DNA of 64,000 bases from Nitrospirota bacterium (GTDB lineage: Bacteria > Nitrospirota > UBA9217), in NCBI GenBank assembly GCA_963840455.1, contig CAWIYV010000011.1, forward strand, positions 224,001 to 288,000, given 5' to 3'. Of this stretch, positions 29,888 to 41,634 are shown in pieces. The first letter of the stretch is position 1, and every line of letters starts with the position of its first letter. The translations under genes and the position numbers were made by a program. The notes beneath the pieces were generated by a model. It was not told the DNA's origin and made no database searches. It saw nothing but the letters and a program-made list of their open reading frames with translations.

Positions 29888-30982
29888 TTACTCCTTGAAG
29901 GTCCAGTAGGAGTTGAGAAAGTAGTTGATGAGCGTGGCGGGCACGATGCCGATGGCCTGATGGACCTGAGGGATGCCTTGACGATCGAGGGCACTTACTA
30001 TAAGGAATGTGGAATAGCTGACCGCGAGGGCAACGAAGGAGACGACATTGAACTTCAGGCCCCGGATGTGGATCTTGTCGTTCATGTCCCGTTTCGAGAA
30101 GGTCCAGAAGTTGTTCAGGAAGAAGTTCGTGATGATCGAAACCTCGATCGCCAGCGGCGACGCGAGGAACTTGTTCATTCCCAGCTTCAGGAGCATCGTG
30201 AACGAGACAAGGTTCACGAAGACGCCGATCGCGCCGACTGCGCCGAACTTCAGGAATGTCTTGCTCCGCTCGAACCGGATCCACCAGGCATTCAGCATGA
30301 ATTCCACGATGTCGGACAAGCCTAGCTTCGTCTCCCCTCTTTTTCTATCGACGAACTCGACCGGTATCTCCCGCACCTTCGCATGGTTCAAGATCGCTTC
30401 ATGGAGAAGCGATATCTGGAACGCATAGCCTTTGACCTTAAGCGTATCGGGGTCAATTTTCGTGATGATCGAAGCGCGTATCGCCCGGAACCCTGCCGTG
30501 CAGTCCCTGACCTGGTACATCCCGGCCACATAGCGCGCAAACATGTTCCCCCACTTGGAGTTCATCCTGCGGAGATAGCTCCAGTCGTCCGGGATCTTCC
30601 CGCCCGGCACGTACCTGCTGCCGATCACAAAATCGGCCCCGTTGTCCAGCCCCTCGATGAGCCTGGGCACGTCTTCCGGCTTATGGGAGAAGTCCGCGTC
30701 CATCTCCATGACCGCATCGGCCTTCAGCTGCTCGATGGCATGCTTCATGCCGCGGATGTACGCTGCACCTAATCCTTGCTTTGTGCCGGTGATCAGATGG
30801 AGGTTCTTCCAGGAGGGAGCTTCCGCCCTGACCGCATCCGCTGTCCCGTCGGGAGAATTGTCGTCCACGACCAGGATGTGCATATCATGCGGGATGGCGC
30901 GGAATTGCTCCTGCAGCGCCTGGACCATCAGGACGATGTTTTCCCGCTCATTATAGGTTGGAAGGATAACGACAATCTTCAT
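29888..30982 (-). CDS. Polyprenol-phosphate glycosyltransferase (GT2) fused to GtrA
   Basis: PTYNE, VDDNSPDGT, MDADFSH, D.TAGFR; C-terminal GtrA (NF..N..WTF). Confidence 0.92.
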   Translation of the reverse strand: MKIVVILPTYNERENIVLMVQALQEQFRAIPHDMHILVVDDNSPDGTADAVRAEAPSWKNLHLITGTKQGLGAAYIRGMKHAIEQLKADAVMEMDADFSHKPEDVPRLIEGLDNGADFVIGSRYVPGGKIPDDWSYLRRMNSKWGNMFARYVAGMYQVRDCTAGFRAIRASIITKIDPDTLKVKGYAFQISLLHEAILNHAKVREIPVEFVDRKRGETKLGLSDIVEFMLNAWWIRFERSKTFLKFGAVGAIGVFVNLVSFTMLLKLGMNKFLASPLAIEVSIITNFFLNNFWTFSKRDMNDKIHIRGLKFNVVSFVALAVSYSTFLIVSALDRQGIPQVHQAIGIVPATLINYFLNSYWTFKE

Positions 30983-31113
30983 GGATCACCTGCAGGCGTC
31001 AACGACCGGCACTGTCGAGGAACGGGGCGCACGGAAAAGTCTTTGACATGGATTGACGCGCACGATAGAAAAGAGCGCGTGATGGTTCCTTTTTTCTGTT
31101 TTCGGACCCCAGT

Positions 31114-32334
31114 CTACGCAGCGGCAGGCCGGTCCTCGCCGGCCCGGTCCTTCCTGTCCGCGAAGAACGTCACGAGCAGGTACACAGCAAAGCAGACCGC
31201 CATGAGCGGGGACAGCCAGCTGGTCCCGGCATGCGGCGTCAGCATGCGTTCGATCGTACGGCCGCCCAATATGGCAAGCGCTATGCAGCTGAGCAGAATG
31301 CCCTCCCGGAAGCGCTGTTCAACAAGGAACGCACCGGCGAGGAACGCGGCGATCGCGGGGCCGAGCATGGCGTAGGTGTTGTTCTCGGTCCGAGGGCTGA
31401 ACAGCATCAGGTACGTAACGGCGAGGGAAAACACGAACACCGCTGAGCGGACCGCGTCATGGCGGCGCCGGGAAAGATAACAGAGGATGAGCGTTCCCAG
31501 GGCCGCAGCGATCCTGATCAGCATCTGGAGCTTTTCCGGAACAATGATGCCTGCGAGACGGATCGCGTGGAACGGGGAGGTCCACCCCGTCTCCGCCGCT
31601 CCCACGTGGGCAGCCGTGGTAAAGTTCTTCCAGCACGCCGCATATTGCTCAAGGACGTACGTCGGATGCTGGGTCAGGAAAGGCACCAGCGCGGTTGCCA
31701 GCATCCCCAACGCCACGCGCCAGATCAGGGGACGGTCGATCGCCATAAGAAGCAGCACCAGCACGATCATCAGGGGCTTCACGGAAATGCCAAGCGACAG
31801 CCACAGCACGACCCTCCACCAGCTCTGCTCCGCCGCCGCGACGACCGCCAGCAGCATCAAGCCCGTCAGGGCAAGCGTCGCCTGTCCATTGCGTGCGCAA
31901 TCCCACGCCAGGGGGAGCGCCACAAGCGTCATCAGGGGGAACAGCTCTTTTCCTGACCGGCAGCGCGCCAGCCTCGCGAACTGAAAGATGCCGAGCGCGA
32001 ACACCCCGATGTTGACGAAGCGCCAGATCACTTCGCCCACGACCACGGGAAACAGCGAGAACGGAATGAACAGGATCGCCGCCTGCGGCAGGTAGGTGAA
32101 CCCCCCGACACCCAGGTGCTTGTAAATGATCTCCCCCGCGATCCAGCTTAGTGCCCCTTCCCGGTAGGCCGGTACGACCGTCCGGCCGCTCCCGTTGGCG
32201 ATGATCGCGGCCGTTACCAACCATAATGCGGCCCAGCCGATCCACGCATTCCTCACCGCCCGTCCATCCTGGAAAGACAACTTTGAACCTCCACTCTCGT
32301 CCGGAACTCCGCCAGTCTTCCGGAGCAAGGCCAT
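31114..32334 (-). CDS. GT87 (DUF2029)-like membrane glycosyltransferase
   Basis: F.YLP..A.LF.PF, NGQ and K-P motifs; multiple TM segments; next to GT2-GtrA. Confidence 0.8.
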   Translation of the reverse strand: MALLRKTGGVPDESGGSKLSFQDGRAVRNAWIGWAALWLVTAAIIANGSGRTVVPAYREGALSWIAGEIIYKHLGVGGFTYLPQAAILFIPFSLFPVVVGEVIWRFVNIGVFALGIFQFARLARCRSGKELFPLMTLVALPLAWDCARNGQATLALTGLMLLAVVAAAEQSWWRVVLWLSLGISVKPLMIVLVLLLMAIDRPLIWRVALGMLATALVPFLTQHPTYVLEQYAACWKNFTTAAHVGAAETGWTSPFHAIRLAGIIVPEKLQMLIRIAAALGTLILCYLSRRRHDAVRSAVFVFSLAVTYLMLFSPRTENNTYAMLGPAIAAFLAGAFLVEQRFREGILLSCIALAILGGRTIERMLTPHAGTSWLSPLMAVCFAVYLLVTFFADRKDRAGEDRPAAA

Positions 32335-32488
32335 AAAAAGTTTTTTCCCGTGCAGAGGCCCCGCACGGAACGCAATGCATGGTGTCCGGACGGACGCCCG
32401 GTCCACAGACCAAGCCCGACTGTACCAGAGTTATGCATCCCTTTCAAGACAAATCAGGGTAGCAACGTTGACCCTATCGAGGAGGGAT

Positions 32489-32528
32489 AAAAAAAGCGGG
32501 CTTCAGGAAAACCTGAAACCCGCTCTTC
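32489..32528 (-). terminator. Intrinsic terminator
   Basis: GCGGGTTTCAGG-TTTT-CCTGAAGCCCGC followed by a T run. Confidence 0.8.
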
Positions 32529-32553
32529 GTTCCCTGTCCGGCTATTGCGGCTG

Positions 32554-33108
32554 CTACTTGCCCTTCAGCTTCTGGATCTCCCCGCGGATGTCCGCGGCAT
32601 TGGGCGCGTTCGGGGCAAGCTCGAGGTACTTCTCGAACGACTTGATCGCCTCCGCCTTCCGGCCCAGGTCATAGGCGTAGACCACGCCGGCGTTCATCTG
32701 GGCCATGGGATGCCTCGGGTCTATCTTGCTTGCCTTCTGGTATTCCTCGATGGCCTTCTGCGGCTGGCCCACCCCGCGGTAGCATGTCCCCATGTCGACG
32801 CGTACGTCCACGTTCTTCGGGTCGAGGTCCAGTGCCCGCTGATAGGAGATGATCGCCTCGGCGAACCGCTGAGCGTCCATCTGGGCGTTCCCCAGGGCGA
32901 TCCAGGCGTTCGCGTTCCCGGCATTCGCTTTCGCGATTGCCTCGAGCTGTTGGATCTCCGCCGGGTTCTTGACCATGGCTGGCGGGGCCACCACCTGCTT
33001 CTGCCCGGCCTGACCCTGGCTCCATTGCGATTGCTGCTGCTTGCATCCGGCAAATACCGCGGCAATGAGCAAGATAAATACAACAAGAGCGGTCGGTTTC
33101 CTGTTCAT
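32554..33108 (-). CDS. TPR lipoprotein
   Basis: Lipobox FAGC; three to four TPRs. Confidence 0.88.
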   Translation of the reverse strand: MNRKPTALVVFILLIAAVFAGCKQQQSQWSQGQAGQKQVVAPPAMVKNPAEIQQLEAIAKANAGNANAWIALGNAQMDAQRFAEAIISYQRALDLDPKNVDVRVDMGTCYRGVGQPQKAIEEYQKASKIDPRHPMAQMNAGVVYAYDLGRKAEAIKSFEKYLELAPNAPNAADIRGEIQKLKGK

Positions 33109-33182
33109 GTAATGTGCCCTCCGTGGGGGGACGGCCGGTGCCCGGCCATTGGCCATCGGGCCGGCACCCATCCCATTATAGT

Positions 33183-33297
33183 TGGATCCAGGAGCGCTCG
33201 CAAATCCCACGGCCTGCTGCGCAGTTAGCGAGCGATGAGAATAGCGATGCGTCCTTAAGGATCAAAACTCCCTGCAGATCGATGCAGGGATCTTTGA
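33183..33297 (-). mobile_element. ~115-bp two-hairpin element, diverged copy 7
   Basis: Reverse-complement match with several substitutions. Confidence 0.8.
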
Positions 33298-33389
33298 TTC
33301 CGCGGTTTATACCATGTTTCGCAGTGTTTGTCAATTTCCGCTTCCGCAGCCCGCAGGGCCGCCGGCCTGCCCGATCAGGAAATAATCTG

Positions 33390-33418
33390 TTGACAATAGC
33401 CGTGTTCTCGGGTATAGT
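33390..33418 (+). promoter_or_regulatory. Sigma70 promoter of rho
   Basis: TTGACA-17-TATAGT. Confidence 0.85.
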
Positions 33419-33725
33419 CATCGTCAGCATTCACGCATCTTTTCAACTTCTAACCCAACTAACCCCTTTATTACCAAGAACCCAGCGAACCAACCGGTCA
33501 ACAACCCGTGGCAAACGTGGACCAATCTGAAAGGTAATCTACAGCCGTACGTACAGACATAACCAGGCGTTGATGGAACACGAGCCGTGATCCGCTGATG
33601 ACATTCTCTTGCCTTGCCTGAAACCACCAGACCAGGAGCAGAACTCACCGCCGTTTCCGACCCGTACCCCGCCCACACCATGCCCTCTCTGCCCATCTGC
33701 AGACCGCGGCCCAAGGAGTAGAACC

Positions 33726-34973
33726 ATGAACCTCGTAGAGCTCAAAGGAAAAAGCATCGCCGAACTTGCCACCATGGCGGATGAACTGAAGGTCGAAGGC
33801 GCGAGCGGCATGCGCAAACAGGACCTGATCTTTGCGATCCTGAACGCCCAGACCGAGAAGAACGGCATGATTTTCGGCGAAGGCGTCCTCGAGATCCTGC
33901 CCGACGGCTTCGGCTTTCTGCGGGCGCCGGACTACAACTACCTGCCCGGTCCCGACGACATCTATGTCTCCCCCTCCCAGATCAGGCGGTTCAATATCCG
34001 GACCGGCGATACCGTCTCCGGCCAGATCCGGCCGCCCAAGGAAGGGGAGCGCTATTTCGCCCTCCTCAAGGTCGACGCCGTCAACTACGAGGACCCCGAG
34101 ATATCCCGCACCAAGATCCTGTTCGACAACCTCACGCCCTATTATCCGGAAAAGAAGATCAAGCTTGAACATGCACCGACCGACTACACCACGCGCGCTA
34201 TGGATCTGGTCACGCCCATCGGCATGGGCCAGCGCGGCATGATCGTGGCGCCGCCGCGCACCGGCAAGACCATGCTCCTCCAGGCCATCGCCAAGGCCAT
34301 CCTGAAGAACCACAAGGACATCAAGCTCATCGTGCTGCTCATCGACGAGCGGCCGGAGGAAGTGACCGACTGGGCGCGCCAGGTGAACACCGAGATCATC
34401 GCGTCCACCTTCGATGAACCGCCCCAGAGGCACGTGCAGGTCGCCGATATGGTGATCGAGCGGGCCAAGCGGCTCGTGGAGCACAAGAAGGACGTGGTCA
34501 TCCTGCTCGACAGCATCACCCGCCTCGCGCGGGCGCACAACGCAATCATCCCGGCCAGCGGCAAGGTGCTTTCCGGCGGCCTGGACGCCAACGCGCTCCA
34601 GCGGCCCAAGCGGTTCTTCGGTGCGGCCCGGAGCATCGAGACCGGAGGCAGCCTCACCATCCTCGCCACGGCCCTGGTGGACACGGGCAGCCGCATGGAC
34701 GACGTGATCTTCGAGGAATTCAAGGGCACCGGCAACATGGAGCTCCACCTCGACCGGAAACTGGTCGAAAAGCGTGTTTTCCCGGCCATCGACATCAACG
34801 CCTCCGGCACCCGGAAGGAAGAGCTGCTGGTGGACAAGGACGACCTGAACCGCATGTGGGTGCTTCGCAAGGTCCTGAACCCCCTCTCCACGGTGGAGAG
34901 CATGGAGTTCCTGCTGGAGAAGCTTAAACAGAACAAAACGAACCGGGACTTCCTGGATTCCATGAACAAGTAA
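33726..34973 (+). CDS. rho: Transcription termination factor Rho
   Basis: [40 protein letters not shown]. Confidence 0.99.
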   Translation: MNLVELKGKSIAELATMADELKVEGASGMRKQDLIFAILNAQTEKNGMIFGEGVLEILPDGFGFLRAPDYNYLPGPDDIYVSPSQIRRFNIRTGDTVSGQIRPPKEGERYFALLKVDAVNYEDPEISRTKILFDNLTPYYPEKKIKLEHAPTDYTTRAMDLVTPIGMGQRGMIVAPPRTGKTMLLQAIAKAILKNHKDIKLIVLLIDERPEEVTDWARQVNTEIIASTFDEPPQRHVQVADMVIERAKRLVEHKKDVVILLDSITRLARAHNAIIPASGKVLSGGLDANALQRPKRFFGAARSIETGGSLTILATALVDTGSRMDDVIFEEFKGTGNMELHLDRKLVEKRVFPAIDINASGTRKEELLVDKDDLNRMWVLRKVLNPLSTVESMEFLLEKLKQNKTNRDFLDSMNK

Positions 34974-35090
34974 CAATTCTTCCCCCGGACGATATTGCAA
35001 CCCTGAGATTGGCGAAGCGTTTCAATCGGCTCAAGGTACCTGTCGGGATCCCTTACAGACCTGAGAACGAAAGAGCCTCAAATTTTTCTC

Positions 35091-35119
35091 TTGTATTTTT
35101 AACAGGTTTGGTATATTAT
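35091..35119 (+). promoter_or_regulatory. Sigma70 promoter of rpmE
   Basis: TTGTAT-17-TATTAT. Confidence 0.6.
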
Positions 35120-35229
35120 TTCCGCCTTGCTTAATAAAAGCAGGACGAACCGCTGGTGAACGGGGGTAACCCCTGATGAATCAAGACGATCATTCACCTG
35201 AGGCCACATCAGTTTACGGAGGTTGTTCC

Positions 35230-35430
35230 ATGAAAGACGGTATCCACCCCACCTACAAGACTACGACTGTCCATTGCGCCTGCGGCGTGTCGTTCCTCAC
35301 CCGCTCCACCAGGGAGAACGTGAAGCTCGACATCTGCTCGAACTGCCACCCGTTCTTCACGGGAAAGCAGAAGCTCATGGACCTCGAGGGCCGCGTCGAC
35401 AAGTTCCGCAAGAAGTACAAAAAGGCGTAG
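35230..35430 (+). CDS. rpmE: 50S ribosomal protein L31 (Zn-binding type)
   Basis: MKDGIHP.Y...CACG...[11 protein letters not shown]. Confidence 0.98.
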   Translation: MKDGIHPTYKTTTVHCACGVSFLTRSTRENVKLDICSNCHPFFTGKQKLMDLEGRVDKFRKKYKKA

Positions 35431-35479
35431 TCCGGCGCACGTCTCTCCCGCTGATACTTCCCCCCACGAGGTCCCGATC

Positions 35480-36382
35480 TTGTCGGAAAAACTGTCCATA
35501 GGCGGCCAGGCGGTCCTGGAAGGCGTCATGATGCGGTCGCCGCACGCCTTCACCGTGGCCGTGCGCAAGGGCGGCAAGCCCGGTGCGGAAATCGCCCTCC
35601 TGAAGGAGACGATCCTGCCCATCGGAGAACGGTTCCCCCTTCTCAAAAAGGCGGTTCTCCGCGGTTCGGTCGCGCTCTTCGAGGCCATGGTGCTCGGCGT
35701 CCGGGCGCTCAACTTTTCCGCGAATGAAGCAATAGAGAACGAGGAAGGCAAGCAGGAGGAGATCAGCCCCCTTGCCCTGGCCGGCACGATGGTCCTGGCG
35801 CTGGCGTTCGCCCTCGGGCTCTTCCTGGCGCTCCCCCTCCTGCTCACGCAGCTGCTCGGTACGCAGTACAGCGCTTTCAAGGGAAATGTTCTCTTTAACC
35901 TGACCGACGGCGCGATCCGGGTGGGCCTGTTCCTGGGGTACGTGTCCGGCATCTCGTTCATGAAGGATATCCGCCGGGTCTTCGAATACCATGGCGCCGA
36001 GCACAAGGCCATCGGGGCCTACGAAGCCGGGGAGCCGCTCACCGTGGAGAATGCGCGGAAATACACCTGCATCCACCCGCGCTGCGGAACGAGCTTCCTC
36101 ATGGTGGTCATGGTGCTTTCCATCATGCTCTTCTCGATGATCCCGGGTAGCTGGCCCCTCTGGGCCAAGGCTGCCTCGCGGCTCGTCCTGCTTCCGGTCG
36201 TCGCGGGTTTGTCGTACGAGTTCATCAAGTATAGCGCGAAGAAGCGCGGCAACAAGATCATCGAGGCGCTCATCTATCCGGGGCTGCTTCTGCAGCGTCT
36301 CACGACGAGGGAGCCGTCGGACGACCAGCTCGAAGTGGCCATCAGGGCCATGGACGAGGCCCTTGCCATGGAACCCCGCTGA
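35480..36382 (+). CDS. DUF1385 domain protein
   Basis: GGQAVLEGVMMR, YHGAEHK, HPRCGTSF, LQ.LTT.EP. Confidence 0.95.
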   Translation: MSEKLSIGGQAVLEGVMMRSPHAFTVAVRKGGKPGAEIALLKETILPIGERFPLLKKAVLRGSVALFEAMVLGVRALNFSANEAIENEEGKQEEISPLALAGTMVLALAFALGLFLALPLLLTQLLGTQYSAFKGNVLFNLTDGAIRVGLFLGYVSGISFMKDIRRVFEYHGAEHKAIGAYEAGEPLTVENARKYTCIHPRCGTSFLMVVMVLSIMLFSMIPGSWPLWAKAASRLVLLPVVAGLSYEFIKYSAKKRGNKIIEALIYPGLLLQRLTTREPSDDQLEVAIRAMDEALAMEPR

Positions 36383-36396
36383 GGCGGGGTTTTTTG
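36373..36396 (+). terminator. Intrinsic terminator
   Basis: CCCCGC-TGAG-GCGGGG-TTTTTT. Confidence 0.8.
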
Positions 36397-36415
36397 TTTC
36401 AGAACCATAATCGGG

Positions 36416-36508
36416 AACACGAATGACACGAATGGACGAATATCACGAATAAGACCCTTGAACAGTCGTTATTCGTGCCATTCGGCAGTTATTCGTGTAA
36501 TTCGTGTT
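36416..36508. repeat. Inverted tandem array (CACGAAT)n...(ATTCGTG)n
   Basis: aacacgaatgacacgaatggacgaatatcacgaat ... attcgtgccattcggcagttattcgtgtaattcgtgtt. Confidence 0.8.
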
Positions 36509-36534
36509 AAACTTTTTTCCTGGATCATTTTATC

Positions 36535-37602
36535 ATGTTCAAGAAATTAGAGGCTGTTGCCGAAAAATACGACGAGCTGACCAGGCTTTTGGCCGATCCC
36601 TCTGTCGCCTCCGACCACCAGAAGTACCAGAAATATTCGAAAGAGCGGTCGGAGATCGAAGAGGTGGTCCAGCACTACCGCGCCTACAACGATCTCCTCC
36701 GCCAGCTCAAGGAGGCCGAGGAGATCAGCCAGGACAAGTCCGCTGACCCCGAGATGCGCCAGATGGCCGAGCTGGAGCTGAAGGAGCTCGGACCGAAGAG
36801 CCAGCAGATGGAGCAGGGCCTCCGGCTCATGCTCGTGCCCAGGGACCCGCGGGATGAGAAGAACATCTTCCTCGAGATCCGCGCCGGCGCCGGCGGCGAC
36901 GAGGCGGGCCTCTTCGCGGCCGAGCTCTTCCGCATGTACTCGCGGTATGCCGAAAAGAAGCGTTGGAAGCTGACGCTCCTCGATATGAGCACCACCGGCG
37001 TCGGCGGGGCCAAGGAGGTCATCGCCCAGATCCAGGGCAAGGGCGTGTTCAGCAGGCTCAAGTATGAGAGCGGCGTGCACCGCGTCCAACGCGTCCCTTC
37101 CACGGAGTCAAGCGGCAGGATCCACACCTCCACCGTGACCGTTGCCGTGATCCCCGAGGCAGAGGACGTGGACGTCCAGATCGAGCAGAAGGACCTCCGG
37201 ATCGACACCTACTGCTCGTCAGGCCCCGGCGGACAGAGCGTGAACACCACCTACTCCGCCGTGCGCATCACCCACATCCCGACCGGCGAAGTGGTCGCCT
37301 GCCAGGACGAGCGGTCCCAGCTCAAGAACCGCGAGAAGGCCATGAAAATCCTCCGCTCGCGGCTGCTGGAGAAGGAGCGGGAGCGGCAAGATGCCGAAGC
37401 CGCCAAGGACCGCAAGGCCCAGGTGGGCACCGGAGACCGGAGCGAGAAGATCCGGACCTATAACTTCCCCCAGAGCCGGGTCACGGACCACCGCGTCGGC
37501 ATCTCACTGTACAAGATCGACGCGGTCATGGACGGCGACATCGATGAGTTCATCGACGCCCTGACCGCGCACGATAACGCGGAAAGGCTTAAAAATCTGT
37601 AA
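36535..37602 (+). CDS. prfA: Peptide chain release factor 1
   Basis: GGQ motif, PxT (RVPST), [10 protein letters not shown]. Confidence 0.98.
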   Translation: MFKKLEAVAEKYDELTRLLADPSVASDHQKYQKYSKERSEIEEVVQHYRAYNDLLRQLKEAEEISQDKSADPEMRQMAELELKELGPKSQQMEQGLRLMLVPRDPRDEKNIFLEIRAGAGGDEAGLFAAELFRMYSRYAEKKRWKLTLLDMSTTGVGGAKEVIAQIQGKGVFSRLKYESGVHRVQRVPSTESSGRIHTSTVTVAVIPEAEDVDVQIEQKDLRIDTYCSSGPGGQSVNTTYSAVRITHIPTGEVVACQDERSQLKNREKAMKILRSRLLEKERERQDAEAAKDRKAQVGTGDRSEKIRTYNFPQSRVTDHRVGISLYKIDAVMDGDIDEFIDALTAHDNAERLKNL

Positions 37603-37607
37603 GATCA

Positions 37608-37679
37608 TTTCGGATTGCTGAATGCGGATTTCGGCGCACGGGTCTTCAATCTACAATTCGCTATTCGAAATCCGCAATT
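37608..37679. repeat. Inverted heptamer array (TGCGGAT-like)...(AATCCGC-like)
   Basis: tttcggattgctgaatgcggatttcgg ... aatctacaattcgctattcgaaatccgcaat. Confidence 0.7.
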
Positions 37680-37680
37680 A

Positions 37681-37839
37681 GAATCCAGGAGCGGAGCGCA
37701 TTCCCCGTAGCTTGCTGCGGGGTTAGCGAGCGATTAGAATAACAATATTCCTTGAGGATCGAAGCTCTATGCCTCTTGCAGTAGGGAGCTTAAATCCAGG
37801 AGCGAGCGCATTCCCCGTAGCTTGCTGCGGGAGCTTCAA
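37681..37839 (-). mobile_element. Two-hairpin element, full copy 8 plus a fused single-hairpin mini copy
   Basis: Full copy 37681-37792 followed by aatccaggagcgagcgcattccccgtagcttgctgcgggagcttcaa. Confidence 0.88.
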
Positions 37840-37843
37840 TACC

Positions 37844-38704
37844 GTGACCATCGCTGAAGCGATACAGAAAGCAGCAGCGCGGCTGTCAGCACACAAGGTA
37901 CCGAACGCGCGCCTTGATGCAGAGGTGCTCTTCTGCCACGCCGTGGGCAGAGACCGCGCCTGGCTCCTCGTCCATATGCAGGACACGCTCGACGACCAGG
38001 GCCTGCGCATCTTCGAGCAGAGCATCGACCGGCGGTCCGTGCGTGAGCCGCTTCAGTATATTACCGGTGCCCAGGAGTTCTGGGGTCTGCCCTTCAAAGT
38101 GACTCCCGCCGTGCTCATCCCGCGTCCCGAGACCGAGTTCGTCGTCGAAGCGGCGCTGAAGGCCGTCAGCGGCATCCCGGCGCCGGTCATCATCGACCTC
38201 GGCACCGGTTCGGGGTGCATCGCGGTAAGCCTCGCGAGCGGTCTCCAGCAAGCGCAGGTCTTCGCCGTTGACCGGTCGGAGAAAGCACTGGAGATTGCCC
38301 GGCAGAACGCGCAGCGAAACGGCGTTGCAGACCGGGTCCGCTTCCTCGAGGGAGACCTGTTCGGTCCCTTCGAGGAACTGGACCTGCGCGGTCGGGTCGA
38401 TGTGATCGCAACGAACCCGCCGTATGTGAAAACCGGCGACCTGACAGGCCTCCAGCCTGAGGTGAAGGATTTCGAACCCGAGATGGCGCTCATCGCGGGA
38501 CCGGAAGGGACCGAGTCAGCGGAGAAGATAATCCTGCAGGCGCCGGATTACCTGAAGGAGCGCTGCCCGCTCATCATGGAGATAGGGGTCGGACAGACGG
38601 AAGCACTCAAAAAGATCATCCAGGGAACCGGCCGGTACAGGTCGATCGAGGTCCTGAAGGATCTGGCGGGAATCGAGAGAGTGATCGTAGCCGAAAAGAA
38701 GTAG
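37844..38704 (+). CDS. prmC: Release factor glutamine methyltransferase
   Basis: EPLQYI.G, VLIPRPETE, DLGTGSG, NPPY; GTG start. Confidence 0.97.
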   Translation: MTIAEAIQKAAARLSAHKVPNARLDAEVLFCHAVGRDRAWLLVHMQDTLDDQGLRIFEQSIDRRSVREPLQYITGAQEFWGLPFKVTPAVLIPRPETEFVVEAALKAVSGIPAPVIIDLGTGSGCIAVSLASGLQQAQVFAVDRSEKALEIARQNAQRNGVADRVRFLEGDLFGPFEELDLRGRVDVIATNPPYVKTGDLTGLQPEVKDFEPEMALIAGPEGTESAEKIILQAPDYLKERCPLIMEIGVGQTEALKKIIQGTGRYRSIEVLKDLAGIERVIVAEKK

Positions 38705-38753
38705 AACGTGCCTGCAGGCTGGCATGCCTGCAGGCTGACAAGCTGACACTACC

Positions 38754-39999
<1,246 letters not shown>

Positions 40000-40001
<2 letters not shown>

Positions 40002-40205
40002 CATGGGGACACGGTGACTGGGAGACACGGGAAAAAGACAGGATCTTTGACACTGATTTACACTGAGAACGGCCTATGAAGAAACATGATAAGTCGTTTG
40101 CAGTATCATGACCTTTCATATTTCAAATCTGCCGTTATCCGTGTCAAAGGTTCTTTTTGCGTACTTGGCTTGCCGTATCCGTTTTCATCCGTGTTCATCT
40201 GTGAT
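40000..40205. repeat. Short-period arrays between murA and hisD
   Basis: gacatggg/gacacggt/gactggga/gacacggg octamers; ctttgacactgat...atccgtgtcaaag inverted pair; atccgttttcatccgtgttcatctgtg. Confidence 0.65.
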
Positions 40206-40226
40206 TAAAAGATAACTGAGGCCGTT

Positions 40227-41519
40227 ATGAAAATTCTTGATTCAAAACAAAAAGACATCGTCGCCGAGCTGAAGCGCCTCATCGACCGCGGCGAGACAGC
40301 CACCGAAGAGGTCGCCGCAACGGTCAAGGAGGTCGTGGAACGGGTCCGCAAGGAAGGCGATCCAGCGGTCCTGGCCTATACCGAGAAGTTCGACCGCGTA
40401 AAGCTGACCCTCAAGGACATCCGGGTGACGCCGGATGAGGTGAAGGACGCATACTCCCGCGTGGACCCGAAAAAGGTGGACGCCCTGAAGCTCGCGGCAC
40501 GGAACATCCGCTCCTTCCATGAGAAGCAGAAGGTCTCCTCCTGGGTGAGCCAGGAGGCCGACGGTGTGATCCTCGGCCAGCTCGCGCGGCCCATCCGGAG
40601 CGCCGGGGTGTATGTTCCGGGCGGCAAGGCCTGCTATCCCTCGTCGGTGCTGATGAACGTGATCCCCGCCAAAGTCGCGGGCGTCGAGCAGCTTGTCATG
40701 TGCTCGCCCGTGCCGGGCGGCGTGCTGAACCCCTACATCCTCGTGGCCGCGGACATCGCGGGCGTATCGGAGATCTACAAGATCGGCGGCGCCCAGGCGA
40801 TCGCGGCCCTGGCCTACGGCACGGCCACGGTCCCCAAGGTGGACAAGATCGTGGGTCCCGGCAACATCTATGTCGCCACGGCGAAGCGCTACGTCTTCGG
40901 CCAGGTGGACATCGACATGATCGCAGGACCGAGCGAGGTCCTGGTCATCGCCGACGATTCAGCGGACCCGTCCTTCGTGGCTGCCGACCTCCTGTCGCAG
41001 GCCGAGCATGACGAACTGGCCTCGGCCATTCTCGTCACCACCTCGCGCGCACTCGCTGAGAGGGTTGATGCGGAAATGGGGCACCAGATGGCGACCCTCA
41101 TCCGGAAAGAGATAGCCCGCAAGGCCATCGACCGCTTCGGCGCCATCGTGATCGTTGAGACGCTGCAGGAGGCGGCAGAGGTGTCGAACGCCATCGCGCC
41201 CGAGCACCTCGAGCTCTCGGTGGAGAAGCCCTTCGAGCTCCTGGCGCTGATCAGGAACGCCGGCGCCATCTTCCTGGGCCATTTTACGCCCGAGTCCGTG
41301 GGCGACTACGTCGCCGGACCGAACCATGTGCTGCCTACGGGCGGCACAGCGCGGTTCTTCTCGCCCCTTTCGACGGACAGCTTCATGAAGAAATCGAGCC
41401 TCATCTTCTACACGAAAGAGGGCCTCGACAAGGTCGGCGAGGCGGTTATGCAGATCGCCGACGTGGAAGGGCTCGAAGCGCATGGGAACACTATCCGGGT
41501 GAGAATGGCGAAGAAGTAA
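40227..41519 (+). CDS. hisD: Histidinol dehydrogenase
   Basis: [42 protein letters not shown]. Confidence 0.99.
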   Translation: MKILDSKQKDIVAELKRLIDRGETATEEVAATVKEVVERVRKEGDPAVLAYTEKFDRVKLTLKDIRVTPDEVKDAYSRVDPKKVDALKLAARNIRSFHEKQKVSSWVSQEADGVILGQLARPIRSAGVYVPGGKACYPSSVLMNVIPAKVAGVEQLVMCSPVPGGVLNPYILVAADIAGVSEIYKIGGAQAIAALAYGTATVPKVDKIVGPGNIYVATAKRYVFGQVDIDMIAGPSEVLVIADDSADPSFVAADLLSQAEHDELASAILVTTSRALAERVDAEMGHQMATLIRKEIARKAIDRFGAIVIVETLQEAAEVSNAIAPEHLELSVEKPFELLALIRNAGAIFLGHFTPESVGDYVAGPNHVLPTGGTARFFSPLSTDSFMKKSSLIFYTKEGLDKVGEAVMQIADVEGLEAHGNTIRVRMAKK

Positions 41520-41534
41520 CAGAATCCTGAGCGG

Positions 41535-41614
41535 TCAGGAGTCAGAAGTCAGGGGTCAGGAGAAGGGTGATGATCACCATTCTTCCGGCTTCCAGCTCCT
41601 GGCTCTTGGCTCCT
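41535..41614. repeat. Inverted heptamer array (GTCAGRA)n...(TCCTGGC-like)n
   Basis: gtcaggagtcagaagtcaggggtcaggag ... ttccggcttccagctcctggctcttggctcct. Confidence 0.75.
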
Positions 41615-41634
41615 CGTTTACCAAGGAGCATACA

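Noticed and set aside
35040-35066. SRP RNA-like UCAGGUC..GNRA on the minus strand
   Set aside because: The conserved AGCAG strand is missing.
35150-35210. Hammerhead ribozyme suggested by CTGATGA
   Set aside because: No properly placed stem II-GAAA core.
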